Below the pieces are notes generated by a model. The model saw only the letters and a program-made list of their open reading frames with translations, ran no database searches and was not told where the DNA came from. Source: Leptospiraceae bacterium (GTDB taxonomy: Bacteria > Spirochaetota > Leptospiria > Leptospirales > Leptonemataceae). From it: a stretch of DNA of 64,000 bases. Below, piece by piece: positions 20,667 to 32,519 of the stretch. The DNA is taken from assembly GCA_040217195.1 (NCBI GenBank), contig JAVJNR010000008.1, forward strand, positions 480,001 to 544,000, in the 5' to 3' direction. Each line of letters begins with the position of its first letter. Position 1 is the stretch's first letter. Position numbers and translations under genes: made by a program.

Positions 20667-22298
20667 CTACTTCTCTGTGTGCTCCGGCCTCATCAAAGGA
20701 AATAGAATAGTATCTCGAATGGATTTAGAATTCGTAAGTAGCATTACCAGTCGATCGATGCCTATCCCCATTCCTCCAGCCGGAGGCATTCCATATTCCA
20801 GCGCTCTAACATAGTCCAGATCCATATAGCCGGCTTCTTCATCGCCCGCTTCGCGCATTTCAACTTGCTTTTGAAAACGTTCCCGCTGATCCAGAGGGTC
20901 GTTGAGCTCTGAAAATGCATTTCCCATTTCTCGACCGGTAATATATGGCTCGAATCGATCCACCACAGACGGATCCTCCGGATTCGCTTTGGCAAGTGGA
21001 GAAAGCTCCCGAGGGAATTGAGTAATGAATACTGGCTGAATTAGGTTGGCTTCGACCTTTTCATCGAAGAGGCATTCAGCAACCTTCCAGACAGAATCGC
21101 AGGCCTGTAAATCCTTCTCGGAAACACCGGCTTTTTTGGCCTTTTCTTTCAATTCACTTAAATCGGTGGCAGCGGTTACTTTTATTCCGGAATGCTTTTC
21201 AATGGCATCCACATAGGGAATCCGGGGCCAGGGAGGAGTAAGATCGATTTCTTCTTCGCCGTAGGGAATCTTCAAACTACCATGGATCTCTTGAGTTACG
21301 CCGGTAATGAGAGTTTCACAGAGCTCCAGCATGGAATCCATAGAACCGTAGGATTCATAGACTTCCAGCATGGTAAATTCTGGATTATGTTTGTAGGATA
21401 TTCCCTCATTTCTGAAGTTTCGATTGATTTCAAAAACGCGAGGAACACCGCCCACCAGCAATCTCTTCAGATAGAGCTCGGGAGCGATTCGCAGAAACAA
21501 TTCCATATCCAGAGCATTATGATGGGTCTGAAATGGCCGCGCAGATGCCCCTCCCGGGATGACATGCATCATCGGGGTTTCCACTTCCAGAAAGTCCCTC
21601 TTCTCTAGAAAGCCGCGGATCCAGGAGATGATTCTACTTCTGGTTCGAAAGGTATCCCGGACTTCCGGGTTTACGATCAAATCCACATATCGCTGACGAT
21701 ATCTCTGCTCTTTATCCGCAAAAGCATCGTAGACTTTGCCATCTGCTTCCTTGACCACAGGCAGAGGTCTCAGGCATTTTGAAACAAGCTCCAGCTCGGT
21801 CACATGAAGGGTGCGCTCTCCCATTTTCGTTACGAATGGATAGCCGGCCACTCCTACAATGTCTCCCAGATCCAGAGATTTGAATACATCGAAGTTGATT
21901 CCAGGTTCATCCTTGCGTCCGTAAATCTGAACCCTTCCCGATTCATCCACCAGATCCATAAATCCGGCTTTACCCATCATTCTTTTAGAGCGAATTCGAC
22001 CGGCCATTCGAAAGACAGGCTGCTTTTCAATATCGCCTTCAGGTAAATCATGAACATTCCGTGCCAGAGAGTCCGGTTTGAAGTATTTCTGATAAGGGTC
22101 GTACCCCTGGGCACGAAGCTTCTCCAGCTTCTCCAGCCGGGTTTCGAAAAGATCCCCGGAATCTTCGGCTGGGGACGGCTGGTTGCCCGCACTTTGCTTT
22201 TTTCCGGCGCTGCCGGATTCCGCATCTATTTTCTGTTTGGAACCTGGTTCCCCTGATCCTTTCCTGGCGCTGGACTGTTTCTTTGAATTATCTGACAC
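20667..22298 (-). CDS. lysS: Lysine--tRNA ligase (class II)
   Basis: [61 protein letters not shown]. Confidence 0.98.
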   Translation of the reverse strand: MSDNSKKQSSARKGSGEPGSKQKIDAESGSAGKKQSAGNQPSPAEDSGDLFETRLEKLEKLRAQGYDPYQKYFKPDSLARNVHDLPEGDIEKQPVFRMAGRIRSKRMMGKAGFMDLVDESGRVQIYGRKDEPGINFDVFKSLDLGDIVGVAGYPFVTKMGERTLHVTELELVSKCLRPLPVVKEADGKVYDAFADKEQRYRQRYVDLIVNPEVRDTFRTRSRIISWIRGFLEKRDFLEVETPMMHVIPGGASARPFQTHHNALDMELFLRIAPELYLKRLLVGGVPRVFEINRNFRNEGISYKHNPEFTMLEVYESYGSMDSMLELCETLITGVTQEIHGSLKIPYGEEEIDLTPPWPRIPYVDAIEKHSGIKVTAATDLSELKEKAKKAGVSEKDLQACDSVWKVAECLFDEKVEANLIQPVFITQFPRELSPLAKANPEDPSVVDRFEPYITGREMGNAFSELNDPLDQRERFQKQVEMREAGDEEAGYMDLDYVRALEYGMPPAGGMGIGIDRLVMLLTNSKSIRDTILFPLMRPEHTEK

Positions 22299-22543
22299 GG
22301 AATCCTCCCTGCTTGAGCAAGAACTGACAGCACCGGTGATCGTAAACTGAAAAATGCCAGGAAAGGGGCTCCTCTAGACCGACGGGCTGGAAGGGGTTCG
22401 GCCAATCGCTCTTATTTTCGAGCTATGCTGGGTACACTTTTCATTCTATCGTCATGGATCCGTTTCCAGGTGTAATTCAGGAAGTCCTGGTGCAGGGCAA
22501 AAGAATTGACATACCCTCCCCATTTTAAGTTTTAACTAATATT

Positions 22544-23566
22544 ATGGGCCTTTTCACCAGGCTACAGGACTCCCTGGATAGAAACGTTCGGCAACCGGGC
22601 CAGGAACGGTTGACCATCATGGTTATCCCTCATGGCCAGGAGAAGATATTCTCTCTTCAATTGAACTGGCTGATGATTGCATTTCTATCGGGCATTTTGA
22701 TGCTGGCCGTGGGTCTTTCCGTGTACGGTATATATCTGCATGCGGCCCGACAGAGAGAAATCCAGAGACTGAAAGATCTTTACGGTCTTAACTATACAGC
22801 CACTCTTAAAATCCAAAAACAGCAAGAAGAACTGCGAAATCTCCAGAAGCAGATCAGCGCCAATGTGGATGAGATTGCAGTTACTCTGGGAACCGATCCC
22901 GAGGAACTGGAAGCATTTTCTACATTATCTCAGGCAAGAGATGAAGCATCCGGGGAATTATTCCGGGAAATCACGGGCCGAGTGGATATGGGACCGGGCA
23001 CAAGGTATCTGGAACCCATCTATGCGATGAAGACCTTGAACAACTATCTGGATGATCGTTCCAGGTTACTTGAATCCACCGGTTTTCGTATTAAGAAAGG
23101 ATTGAATGTTTATCAGTCCATGCCTCTGGGGCGCCCAGGACCTACCAGCCTCTGGGATTCATCAAGGTTCGGAATGCGAATCGATCCGATTACCCGGGCA
23201 GTGATGGAGTTTCACTCTGGCTTCGACATGAGCGGAGCCCATGGAACACCCATCCAAGCCACCGGCGATGGAGTAGTTCATAGAGTCCTGGTTTATGATC
23301 CAGGCTATGGAAATGCAGTGATCATACGTCATGACAATGGCTTCTACTCTATGTATGCCCATCTCTACAGGGCTAACGTCAAGGTAGGACAAAGAATTCA
23401 TCGCGGCGATCGAGTGGGCCTGATGGGTCGCACTGGACGAGTCACAGGTACTCACCTCCACTATGAAGTCTGGGTTGGAGAAAGTCAGAGAGTGGATCCT
23501 CTACCTTATGTATGCTCCATAGACCTGGACAGTTCAACCTGCAAGAGCTTTGTCCGGGGGGAATAG
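22544..23566 (+). CDS. M23-family metallopeptidase with N-terminal TM and coiled coil
   Basis: HSGFD (HxxxD), GYGNAVIIRH, YAHL, TGTHLHYEV. Confidence 0.92.
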   Translation: MGLFTRLQDSLDRNVRQPGQERLTIMVIPHGQEKIFSLQLNWLMIAFLSGILMLAVGLSVYGIYLHAARQREIQRLKDLYGLNYTATLKIQKQQEELRNLQKQISANVDEIAVTLGTDPEELEAFSTLSQARDEASGELFREITGRVDMGPGTRYLEPIYAMKTLNNYLDDRSRLLESTGFRIKKGLNVYQSMPLGRPGPTSLWDSSRFGMRIDPITRAVMEFHSGFDMSGAHGTPIQATGDGVVHRVLVYDPGYGNAVIIRHDNGFYSMYAHLYRANVKVGQRIHRGDRVGLMGRTGRVTGTHLHYEVWVGESQRVDPLPYVCSIDLDSSTCKSFVRGE

Positions 23567-23952
23567 TCTGCACAGAATTCTTTCCAGCCGGCATTTCGAC
23601 CAGCTATAGCCGTTCCTGGCGGTGCCATCGTATCGTCTGCACTAATGTTTCAGACTATTATTTAGCGGATTCTTTCGCTCAAGCCGGCCCATGCCCCGAA
23701 GCAGTCGGTCCGGGTTCCATCGATGGCAAAACGGCCAGCAAACCCGGGCGGTCAGCCATAAATACATATCCATCGAATGGATTCTCATCCAGAATCTTGA
23801 ATTTTCTTTAAAGGGCCTATGGTGCGCAGTTTCGCCCCAGATTGCTTCACGGATAAACATACCGCAAATTTCCCGCCTCGACCAGTAGAATCTTGCAGTT
23901 CCAGAAATACTCATGGACAGTCCGCCCTGCCCGGGCGATCCTGTCACCGTTT

Positions 23953-26900
23953 ATGCCTCGTAGAACAGACATCAAATCCATCCTTATACCCGGAAGCGGT
24001 CCCATCATTATTGGCCAGGCTTGCGAATTCGACTACAGCGGTACTCAGGCCTGTCGCGTACTGAAGCAAGAGGGGTTTCGCACCATTCTATTCAATAGTA
24101 ATCCAGCAACCATTATGACGGATCCGGCTCTGGCAGATGCCACCTACATTGAGCCCATGACTCCGGAAATCATGATTCAGATTCTGGATAAAGAAAAGCC
24201 GGATGCAATCCTTCCTACCGTGGGCGGTCAGACAGCTCTAAACCTGGTGATGGAACTGAATCGACGGGGCGAAATCGAAAAAAGAGGAATCAAACTCATT
24301 GGAGCCAACGTTGAAGCCATCGAAAAGGCTGAAAGTCGATCCAGATTCAAACAGGCCATGAAAGATATTGGCCTGGCCGTTCCAGAATCGGAACTATGCG
24401 ATAGCTACCAGGAGGCCCTGGAATTTCGCAAGCGCATGGGACTGCCCTTGATTATTCGACCATCGTTTACCCTGGGAGGTACCGGTGGTGGTATGGCTTT
24501 CGACGATCAGCAATTTGAAGATATTTGCAAAGGCGGACTGGATGCATCTCCCACACATCAGATTCTGGTAGAGCAGTCTATCCTTGGCTGGAAAGAGTAC
24601 GAACTGGAGGTCATGCGTGACCTGGCAGATAACGTGGTCATCATTTGCAGCATTGAGAACCTGGACCCAATGGGGGTTCATACAGGGGACTCCATCACGG
24701 TTGCACCTCAGCAAACCCTGTCAGACGTTCAGTATCAGGCCATGCGCGATGCTTCCTTGCTCATCATCCGGGAAATTGGTGTAGAAACCGGAGGCTCCAA
24801 CATCCAGTTTGCCGTAAATCCGGCTAACGGCGAAATTGCAGTCATTGAAATGAATCCCAGAGTTAGCCGTTCATCGGCTCTGGCCAGTAAGGCCACCGGC
24901 TTTCCAATCGCAAAAATCGCAGCTTTGCTGGCTGTAGGCTACAGTCTGGATGAGATCTCCAACGATATTACGGGAGTCACTCCAGCCAGCTTCGAACCAA
25001 CTATCGACTATGTAGTCACCAAAATCCCCAGGTTTACCTTTGAAAAATTTCCAGGAAGCAATGACTCTCTGGGCAGTATGATGAAATCTGTGGGCGAAAC
25101 CATGTCCATTGGTCGAACTTTCGCAGAGTCCTTTCAAAAGGCATTTCGCTCCCTGGAAACGGGCCGCTACGGCTATGGCTCGGATGGTAACCTGGATGAG
25201 CTGTTCAAAGTTCATGAACTTCGCAAAGAAGGTACGTTACAAGCCTACCTGGAAGACAGTCTGAGTCGAGCCAATCCAGGAAGAATTCTGAATGTAAGAC
25301 TTGCCATGGATCTGGATATCAATGGTGAGCTTCAATTCCCGGTAGAAAAAATTCAGAAACTGACTATGATTGATCCCTGGTTTCTCTGGCAGATCCGGGA
25401 ACTTGCAGAAGCCGAGGCAACTTTCAAACCGCCAGAAACCGCCGAAGACATTAAAGGCTGGAAGGAATGGGGATACTCGGACCGGCAAATGGCCTATCTA
25501 ACGGAGCGTGAGCGAATTCTATCCATTGTAGCTGATGAGAAAAAAAGACTGGAAGATCGAAGAACTGAAATCATTGAAATTCTGGACAATGCGGAAGCGG
25601 ATTTCACCAAAAAGCGAAAGGATTTTAACATTAGACCTGTATTTCGCAGAGTAGATACCTGCGGAGGAGAATTCGAAGCCAAAACTCCTTATCTGTATTC
25701 AGCCTACGAAGACATGGATGAATCCAACGTAGATCAGGATACCGGCCGAAAGGTAATGATCCTGGGCGGCGGTCCCAACCGCATTGGCCAGGGAATTGAA
25801 TTCGATTATTGCTGCTGCCATGCGGCCTATGCGCTGGATGATCTGGGAATCACTTCTATTATGGTGAATTCCAATCCAGAGACCGTATCAACGGACTACG
25901 ACACTTCAGACAAGCTATACTTTGAACCACTAACCTTTGAAGATGTGGTTCATATTTGCGAAAATGAAAAGCCAGATGGAATCATCGTTCAATTTGGAGG
26001 TCAGACTCCGCTGAAGTTGGCTTCCAAGTTACAGAAAGCTGGTCTGCCAATCATTGGAACCTCTCCGGATTCCATTGACCGGGCCGAAGATAGAGATCGT
26101 TTCAGCGAAATGATCAACAAGCTGGGTCTGAAACAGCCGGATAACGGTTTTGCCCGAAACTTCGATGAAGCATTGACCACGGTTGAAAAGATTGGCTATC
26201 CCTGTCTGGTTCGTCCCAGCTACGTTCTTGGGGGCCGGGCCATGGCCATTGTGCATGATCGTGCAGGACTGGAGCAATTTATGCAGCAGGCTGCCACCAT
26301 CAATCCAGAACATCCTATATTGATTGACCGGTTTCTGGAAGGCGCTGTTGAGATCGATGTAGATGCACTTTCAGACGGAGAAGATGTATTTGTTGCCGGA
26401 ATCATGCAGCACATTGAAGAAGCTGGAGTGCACTCCGGAGATTCAGCCTGTGTTCTTCCTCCTCAGGATATCAAACCCGCTCTCATAGATGAGATTAAAG
26501 AGGCAACAACGAAGCTCGCCCGGGAGCTGGATGTTAAAGGCCTGATCAATGTTCAGTATGCAATTCAGGATGATGAGCTCTATCTAATTGAGGTTAATCC
26601 CAGGGCCTCCAGAACCGTTCCCTTTGTAAGCAAGTCCATCGGTGTACCTCTGGCCAATCTGGCCACTCGTATCATGTGCGGACAGAAGCTAAAAGAAGTT
26701 CTGCCCAGCCCACCGGAAAAGACGGACTATGTTTCCGTAAAGGAAGCCGTTCTTCCATTCTCCAGGTTTCCAGGGGCTGATATTATACTGGGACCGGAAA
26801 TGAAATCCACCGGCGAGGTGATGGGCATTTCAACTACGTTCGAAGAGTCCTACATCAAAGCCATGCTGGGAGCCGGTGATCGCATCCCCACGTCGAATCA

Positions 26901-27321
26901 GGGTGGAGTCTTTTTTAGCGTAAGCGATGATGCCAAGGAAGGACTGGTCAATGAAGCCAGGATCCTGACGGAGCTTGGATACAGACTGTTTGGCACCTCC
27001 GGAACGGCCAACTTTCTCAAAAAACATGGCATTGAAGCAGAAACTCTGTACAAGCTAAAAGAAAAGAAATCCCCGAACGCCCTGGATGAAGTGAAGAATG
27101 GAGCCATCAAGGTCATCATTAACATTCCTCAGCCAAATGCAGACACCAGGGATGATGCTTTCCAGATTCGTCAGGAAGCCATTCGAAATCGAGTTCTGTG
27201 TATCACTACCGTGGATGGGGCCCGAGCTTTTGCCAATGGACTGAAGAAAGTAAGTCAGACCTCCTTCACAGTGCATAGTCTTCAGGAGATTCATGGCCCG
27301 CAAGTCGCGGAAATCCCCTGA
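23953..27321 (+). CDS. carB: Carbamoyl-phosphate synthase large subunit
   Basis: [47 protein letters not shown], second ATP-grasp half and MGS domain. ATG at 23953. Confidence 0.98.
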   Translation: MPRRTDIKSILIPGSGPIIIGQACEFDYSGTQACRVLKQEGFRTILFNSNPATIMTDPALADATYIEPMTPEIMIQILDKEKPDAILPTVGGQTALNLVMELNRRGEIEKRGIKLIGANVEAIEKAESRSRFKQAMKDIGLAVPESELCDSYQEALEFRKRMGLPLIIRPSFTLGGTGGGMAFDDQQFEDICKGGLDASPTHQILVEQSILGWKEYELEVMRDLADNVVIICSIENLDPMGVHTGDSITVAPQQTLSDVQYQAMRDASLLIIREIGVETGGSNIQFAVNPANGEIAVIEMNPRVSRSSALASKATGFPIAKIAALLAVGYSLDEISNDITGVTPASFEPTIDYVVTKIPRFTFEKFPGSNDSLGSMMKSVGETMSIGRTFAESFQKAFRSLETGRYGYGSDGNLDELFKVHELRKEGTLQAYLEDSLSRANPGRILNVRLAMDLDINGELQFPVEKIQKLTMIDPWFLWQIRELAEAEATFKPPETAEDIKGWKEWGYSDRQMAYLTERERILSIVADEKKRLEDRRTEIIEILDNAEADFTKKRKDFNIRPVFRRVDTCGGEFEAKTPYLYSAYEDMDESNVDQDTGRKVMILGGGPNRIGQGIEFDYCCCHAAYALDDLGITSIMVNSNPETVSTDYDTSDKLYFEPLTFEDVVHICENEKPDGIIVQFGGQTPLKLASKLQKAGLPIIGTSPDSIDRAEDRDRFSEMINKLGLKQPDNGFARNFDEALTTVEKIGYPCLVRPSYVLGGRAMAIVHDRAGLEQFMQQAATINPEHPILIDRFLEGAVEIDVDALSDGEDVFVAGIMQHIEEAGVHSGDSACVLPPQDIKPALIDEIKEATTKLARELDVKGLINVQYAIQDDELYLIEVNPRASRTVPFVSKSIGVPLANLATRIMCGQKLKEVLPSPPEKTDYVSVKEAVLPFSRFPGADIILGPEMKSTGEVMGISTTFEESYIKAMLGAGDRIPTSNQGGVFFSVSDDAKEGLVNEARILTELGYRLFGTSGTANFLKKHGIEAETLYKLKEKKSPNALDEVKNGAIKVIINIPQPNADTRDDAFQIRQEAIRNRVLCITTVDGARAFANGLKKVSQTSFTVHSLQEIHGPQVAEIP

Positions 27322-28681
27322 TTTGGCAGAGGGCCAGCAGCGGGATGCTCGTCCTTCCCGCAAAGAGGGACGAGTTCACCGGAAGAGCCAGGCCACCGTC
27401 GGTCCTTCCAGTCAGGAAAGGTCCCGGAAATCCTCTGCGAAGAACCCGGATGCAGTTCCAGGTCCCTCAGCGGCTCGACCTTCAAAGAAGAGTTCGACTT
27501 ATCGGTCACGTTCCGGGGCAGCCCGGCCAAATGGCCGGTCGCCAAAAAGATCTATAGCAACCAGCGAAAGGACAAAAACCAGCCAGACACAACACCGGTT
27601 GCCATCCAGGCCCAGAAGAATTCTATGGATTCCTGGCCTGGGTGCAGATCGCCGGATGTACGGAAAGTTAATTCATTTTCTCGATTCTCAGTCCGGCCCC
27701 TGGAAGCACCATCTAATTGACTTTCCCAACCAGAAGGAACTGCTCTCGAGAATCAAATCTCTTCAGGATCTTGCTGAAGTAACGCTTGCTGAAAGCATTC
27801 AGCCGTTGCAGGATCATGGCTACGAATCCAGGCCTCATTACGATACGGTGATCGGAGTCTCCATGGGAGGAATGATCGCTCAGATTCTAGTGGGACAGAA
27901 TCGCCTGCACACAGAAAATTTGATTTTGATATCCACTGCCTATAGAGGTCAGGATGTGAGGCAGCCATTTCTGGCTCTGGCCTGGATTCCTTCTCTGCTT
28001 CCAGGCTTTCTCCGTCGAATTGTACAATGGACAATAGGAACGGCCTATCCGCTCTTTCGCAGAAATGTCCAGGAAGCCAGAGAATATGCCCAGATGTTTC
28101 TGCAGTTCCCTCGAAAGATATTCTTCGAAGCGCCTCGGTGGATCAAAGGCTGGTCCGGCGAACCAGGATTACAGGCCACTATGGCCATGAAACCACTTCC
28201 TCCGGATAGCCATTCGGTTCGTGTTTTTCGCATCCATGGAACCTCGGACCCATTACTGTCCTACAAGAAAATTTCCAGCAGAATTCCCATCGATCTGACT
28301 TTCCCGGAAGGAAGCCATATCATTTTTGCCACCGAGGCCCGTTCCATTGCCAGAAAGCTAAAAGAATTTCTGGATGTGGGCCAGAAGAAACACTGGGACA
28401 CTCCTGCCAGAGAATCGAAAGCAACCAAGGGAAAACGAAAGACAAATGCCCACAAGCCAGAAGGTAAAAAGCCAGTTGCCAGAAAGCCGGATGGTTCCGA
28501 AGCTCTCAGGGCATCGAAGAAGACTGGAAAGTCCGGGCGAAAGTCCAGATCCAGAATGGAAGAGACTGCACAGAAGAAGAGCGAATTGAATTCTGATTCG
28601 AACAGGACTGCCAAAACTTCAGGCCGGCGAAGAAATCGCAGAAAGCAAAAAAAGGATCAGGGATCGCCGGCCGCTACCTGA
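27293..28681 (+). CDS. Alpha/beta hydrolase with basic low-complexity termini
   Basis: [14 protein letters not shown] nucleophile elbow, HGTSDP (Asp) and EGSH (His). An alternative TTG start lies at 27599. Confidence 0.8.
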   Translation: MARKSRKSPDLAEGQQRDARPSRKEGRVHRKSQATVGPSSQERSRKSSAKNPDAVPGPSAARPSKKSSTYRSRSGAARPNGRSPKRSIATSERTKTSQTQHRLPSRPRRILWIPGLGADRRMYGKLIHFLDSQSGPWKHHLIDFPNQKELLSRIKSLQDLAEVTLAESIQPLQDHGYESRPHYDTVIGVSMGGMIAQILVGQNRLHTENLILISTAYRGQDVRQPFLALAWIPSLLPGFLRRIVQWTIGTAYPLFRRNVQEAREYAQMFLQFPRKIFFEAPRWIKGWSGEPGLQATMAMKPLPPDSHSVRVFRIHGTSDPLLSYKKISSRIPIDLTFPEGSHIIFATEARSIARKLKEFLDVGQKKHWDTPARESKATKGKRKTNAHKPEGKKPVARKPDGSEALRASKKTGKSGRKSRSRMEETAQKKSELNSDSNRTAKTSGRRRNRRKQKKDQGSPAAT

Positions 28682-28703
28682 ACGATCCCGGCCCGAAGCT
28701 AAT

Positions 28704-29345
28704 TCAAACCTCCAGAACTTCTTTTAGATGTTCCAGAATTACCGAGTTGTCCGGATCCTTCTTGAGCGCTTTGCTAAGTGCTTTTCTGGCGCTATCTTTA
28801 TTCCCTTTTCGGTTCAGAAAAACTCCAAAGCTGTCCAGATAGGCCGGATTATCAGGATTGGTTTCCATAGCTCTCTTGAGACAACGAAACGCTTCATCCA
28901 TCTCTTCGGGCTTTCCATAAAGGGTGATTAAATAACCCAGGGAATTGAGACTGTTCACATTGTCCGGATTCACCTGCAGCACCCTTCGATGTTGAGCAAT
29001 GGCATCCTTTAACCTGCCTTCCCTTTCGTAGACATAGGCAAGCATTCCCATCAGGGTTTCATCGGTGGTTTCTACTTTCAGTCGATCCATCAGAATGAAT
29101 CTAGCTTCTTCCCATTGCTCCAGTTGAATCTTGGCAAAGACTCTCAAAGCCTGAACCCTGCCAATGTCCACATAATTGGAGTATTGATCGATCAGTCCTT
29201 CCAGGGTTTCCAGGCATCGCTCGTAATTTTCCAGATAGAAATAGCAGATGCCCAGTTCATGCATATCCACCGGGCCGCCCCGTTCTTCGCGGATTACCTG
29301 TTTGAGGGAAAGTACCCTTTCTAGGATCTGACGTTCTCTATCCAT
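28704..29345 (-). CDS. Tetratricopeptide repeat protein
   Basis: TPR-like helices: LAYVYEREGRLKDA, NPDNVNSLNSLGY, PDNPAYLDSFG. Confidence 0.88.
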   Translation of the reverse strand: MDRERQILERVLSLKQVIREERGGPVDMHELGICYFYLENYERCLETLEGLIDQYSNYVDIGRVQALRVFAKIQLEQWEEARFILMDRLKVETTDETLMGMLAYVYEREGRLKDAIAQHRRVLQVNPDNVNSLNSLGYLITLYGKPEEMDEAFRCLKRAMETNPDNPAYLDSFGVFLNRKGNKDSARKALSKALKKDPDNSVILEHLKEVLEV

Positions 29346-30064
29346 CCCTGGAGCTCCTGTTCATCGGTGGTCTTCAAATCCAGCGGTGTAATGGATACAT
29401 GGCCAGATTCAATAGCGGAAAAGTCGGTTAAATCCTCTTCCTTATGTCCCATTATCGTCTCTTTGAGCTTATACACAAAGCTTTTTCCAGCGTCTTCTTC
29501 CAGCAACTCATAGGCATCCCTGTAGATTCTCCTTCCATGCCTGGTGAATTGTACTTCTGGCTCGGAATGGGGAAACTCCGGGTAATTGATATTGTAGACG
29601 GTTCCAGGATTCAGACGCCTGAAGTTCTCCTGGATCCAGCCACCGAACCATTCGGCAACATGGCTGAAATCTGCACCTATGTCATAGATGCCACAGCTGA
29701 TAGCAACGGCCCGGTAGCCATGAATACATGCATGTCTGGCTGCACCCACGGTACCACTGTAATGCACATCGTCTCCCAGATTGTAGCCATGATTGATGCC
29801 GGAGACCACCAGATCGAACTCAGGAAACATCCCGCTATGCAATGCCAGGTTTACACAATCCACAGGAAATCCACTGACCTGAAAATGACCTGGCTCCACT
29901 TCCTGCATGCGAAGTGTTTCCCTCAGGGAGATTGCCTGCGAGGTACCGCTCCGTTGTCGATCCGGACAAACAGCCCAGACCTCATGATCCCTGGATAGAA
30001 CTTGCTCCAGGTTTCGCATACCGTTGGAATGTAAGCCATCGTCGTTACAGATCAAGATTCGCAT
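29321..30064 (-). CDS. surE: 5'/3'-nucleotidase SurE
   Basis: MRILICNDDG, SG.PVDCV, VVSGINHGYNLG, YSGTVGAA, VSITPL. Confidence 0.96.
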   Translation of the reverse strand: MRILICNDDGLHSNGMRNLEQVLSRDHEVWAVCPDRQRSGTSQAISLRETLRMQEVEPGHFQVSGFPVDCVNLALHSGMFPEFDLVVSGINHGYNLGDDVHYSGTVGAARHACIHGYRAVAISCGIYDIGADFSHVAEWFGGWIQENFRRLNPGTVYNINYPEFPHSEPEVQFTRHGRRIYRDAYELLEEDAGKSFVYKLKETIMGHKEEDLTDFSAIESGHVSITPLDLKTTDEQELQGWIENVRS

Positions 30065-30185
30065 TTTTTAGATTTTCCTTTGATCAGTTGGAGTTGCCAG
30101 TCTTCCAGGGTAAACCGGAGATTCGAAGAACGAGTCCGAGCTGTACCTGCAGGTAAAAAGCACCATAGTCGATGCGCTATTTAAC

Positions 30186-30851
30186 TTAAAACAATCCGCT
30201 TAGAACGATTACCGTAAAACCCAGGGCAGCCAGAGGAAAAATAACCAGCACCGCAGAAGATCTCAGCAAAGCCCTGGAAACGATTTTCCGGGGCAATTCA
30301 TACAGATAGATCAAGGACTGATGAAAGATTAGAAAGCACCATACAAAGATTAGAAGGCCCAGAGGGTAAAACAAATACACTCCAAAGTCAACCAGAGAAA
30401 GACTCTTGGCCACAGGATAAAGAAAGATGGCCGGAAGGTAGGACAGCAATAGAATGGATATTGCCTGGGCTTCTTCACGTGTAGAACCGGACTGAGCCTG
30501 CCTTGAATCCGCGGCCACTCTCTGAATGAAATAATCAACCAGAGATCCGCTGAGATAAGAAAGAGTGAGGAAAAAGACAAAGACCACAAGAACACTCAAA
30601 AACAGCGGAACAAAGTAAAATGGACGATAGTGCGGAGAGATTGTCCAGACTGCCAGAACAGCAGACAATGCGGCCACTGCCGGAAATACTAATAGGCCCC
30701 TCCGTCGATTTTCCAGGCTACGAATATAGACACTGATATCGGCCGGTGATGTTAGGCATACGGTGGCCAGCTCCAGCAAACCGGCCAGGGAAGCTTTAAA
30801 CTGATCCAGACGACTCATTGCAGTGCCCGGCCTCCGGCCAGATCCATCCAT
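30186..30851 (-). CDS. Hypothetical multi-pass membrane protein (Yip1-like topology)
   Basis: About five hydrophobic helices; co-oriented between sppA and surE. Confidence 0.6.
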   Translation of the reverse strand: MDGSGRRPGTAMSRLDQFKASLAGLLELATVCLTSPADISVYIRSLENRRRGLLVFPAVAALSAVLAVWTISPHYRPFYFVPLFLSVLVVFVFFLTLSYLSGSLVDYFIQRVAADSRQAQSGSTREEAQAISILLLSYLPAIFLYPVAKSLSLVDFGVYLFYPLGLLIFVWCFLIFHQSLIYLYELPRKIVSRALLRSSAVLVIFPLAALGFTVIVLSGLF

Positions 30852-31843
30852 CCTGGTATTTGCCCAAGGCCCATGGGAGCCATATACAGGACCCCGCTAA
30901 ATCGAAAAGGAGATCCCCTGTAAATACCGGAATGATTGGAATGCAAAGGACCTCCATTTACCTGGCGCAGACTCAGACCGGAACCGCCCATGTTTGCAAA
31001 GAATCGATCCATGAAGTCCGGCTCCACTCGATAAACGGGCAGATCTTCATCTGTTTTAAGAATGATTTTTAGCTTTTCTACCGCTTCCTTCTCGCCACCC
31101 AGGTCATCGATCATTTGAATTGCTTTTGCCTGGCGTCCGGAAAAGATCTTACCATCCGCCCACTCTCGAACATCCTTGATGCTCTTTTTTCTACCTTCAG
31201 CCACATCAGCCAGGAATTGCTGATAGGCATCGTCCAGGACCTGCTGGTACATTTGCCTTTCTTCTTCTGTCATGTTCCGAAATGGATAGGATGCATCTTT
31301 GTATCTTCCGGCGGTCAATGTCTGAATCTGCACCCCATGTTTGTCCAGAAAAGGACCAATGTTTGGATGAATTGCAATGGCGCCTATGGAACCGAGAATG
31401 GAAGACTCATAGGCAAAAATGGCATCCGATGCAGAAGCGATATAATATCCACCGCTGGCAGCTACATCGGTTACCACAGCCACAATGGGCTTTTTCGGAC
31501 GAACTTCCATTAAGGCATCATAGATTCTACGGGTAGCCCCCACCGTGCCTCCCGGACTGTTCACGTAGAGCAGAATCCCACGGATACCGGGATTTCTGGA
31601 TGCTTCATCGATCTGGTCCACAATATCCTGCGCACCGGTGGATCCTGGTGCAGAAAAACCGTCTTCGATGGGACCCACAATATCGATCCTGGCAATGCCG
31701 GCCTGCCCGGCTGTAAGAAAGTTGGAGGTCGGTGTTGAGAATTTGGATTCTCTGGATTGCACTCCAATCTGAATAATTCCAACCAATAAAGATAGCAAAG
31801 AGAAGGCCAGAGCCATGGCCACAAGCATACGGGAGCGATTCAT
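30815..31843 (-). CDS. sppA: Signal peptide peptidase SppA (S49)
   Basis: NSPGGTV, AASGGYYIASA, GSIG, GRYKD, DGKIFSG. ATG at 31843 precedes the TM anchor; the longer ORF overlaps the divergent gene. Confidence 0.93.
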   Translation of the reverse strand: MNRSRMLVAMALAFSLLSLLVGIIQIGVQSRESKFSTPTSNFLTAGQAGIARIDIVGPIEDGFSAPGSTGAQDIVDQIDEASRNPGIRGILLYVNSPGGTVGATRRIYDALMEVRPKKPIVAVVTDVAASGGYYIASASDAIFAYESSILGSIGAIAIHPNIGPFLDKHGVQIQTLTAGRYKDASYPFRNMTEEERQMYQQVLDDAYQQFLADVAEGRKKSIKDVREWADGKIFSGRQAKAIQMIDDLGGEKEAVEKLKIILKTDEDLPVYRVEPDFMDRFFANMGGSGLSLRQVNGGPLHSNHSGIYRGSPFRFSGVLYMAPMGLGQIPGWMDLAGGRALQ

Positions 31844-32000
31844 ACCGTTCAAGAATCGACCGGAACATGTCGGGAAAACAAAAAATTCCTTTTTTTCTTG
31901 AAAGTAGCTGTACTCCCGCCGATCTATAAAAAAGATAGATATAAAGTCATCCTTGGCACGCTGCCCGAGGTGACATAAAAACACGAACTGAGGCAATATT

Positions 32001-32519
32001 ATGCAAATCACAGGCAAAGCATTACTGAACAGTGCCGAAAGCATTCTGAAGGACCGGAAGGAAGATAGCTCCTCCAGAACAAATCGGGCGCCGCGCGAAA
32101 ATGCTACCTCCTCCCGACCTGGCGATCGATTGGAACTGGATGGAATGGAAAACCGTCTGCTGACTTTGCAAAAGAGCCTGGGCGAATTGCAGAACCAGTA
32201 CACCCGGGAACAAACTCGTCAATCCTACCTGAATCAATTCTCCAATGAAGTGGGACCTGAACTGCAGTTTCAGGGGGAGCCGTTGTTTCCTGAACTCTCC
32301 CAGGGAAAATCCCTGAAGGATATTCAGACTCTGGTGGCAGAAAGTTTGAATCAGCTAACCAGTCGCTTGCGCAAAACAGAAGTGGAGATGGAAAATCTCT
32401 ACGCTCTGAACATTGACTCCTCCGTGGCTCCACGCATTGGTGCTCAAGAGCTTAACAGTCAGGCACTAAGAAATATTGATCCAGGTCGAGTTGCTCGACT
32501 GACCCGCGATAGCCAGTAA
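32001..32519 (+). CDS. Hypothetical coiled-coil protein
   Basis: 172-aa ORF with natural composition, divergent from sppA and abutting yggS. Confidence 0.7.
   Translation: MQITGKALLNSAESILKDRKEDSSSRTNRAPRENATSSRPGDRLELDGMENRLLTLQKSLGELQNQYTREQTRQSYLNQFSNEVGPELQFQGEPLFPELSQGKSLKDIQTLVAESLNQLTSRLRKTEVEMENLYALNIDSSVAPRIGAQELNSQALRNIDPGRVARLTRDSQ

Noticed and set aside
23567..23952. Small ORFs or an attenuator upstream of carB
   Set aside because: ORFs lack RBS and motifs; no terminator/antiterminator or PyrR-binding loop was recognised.
31844..32203. N-terminal extension of the sppA ORF
   Set aside because: It overlaps the divergent gene and the AT-rich promoter region; ATG 31843 gives a normal SppA.
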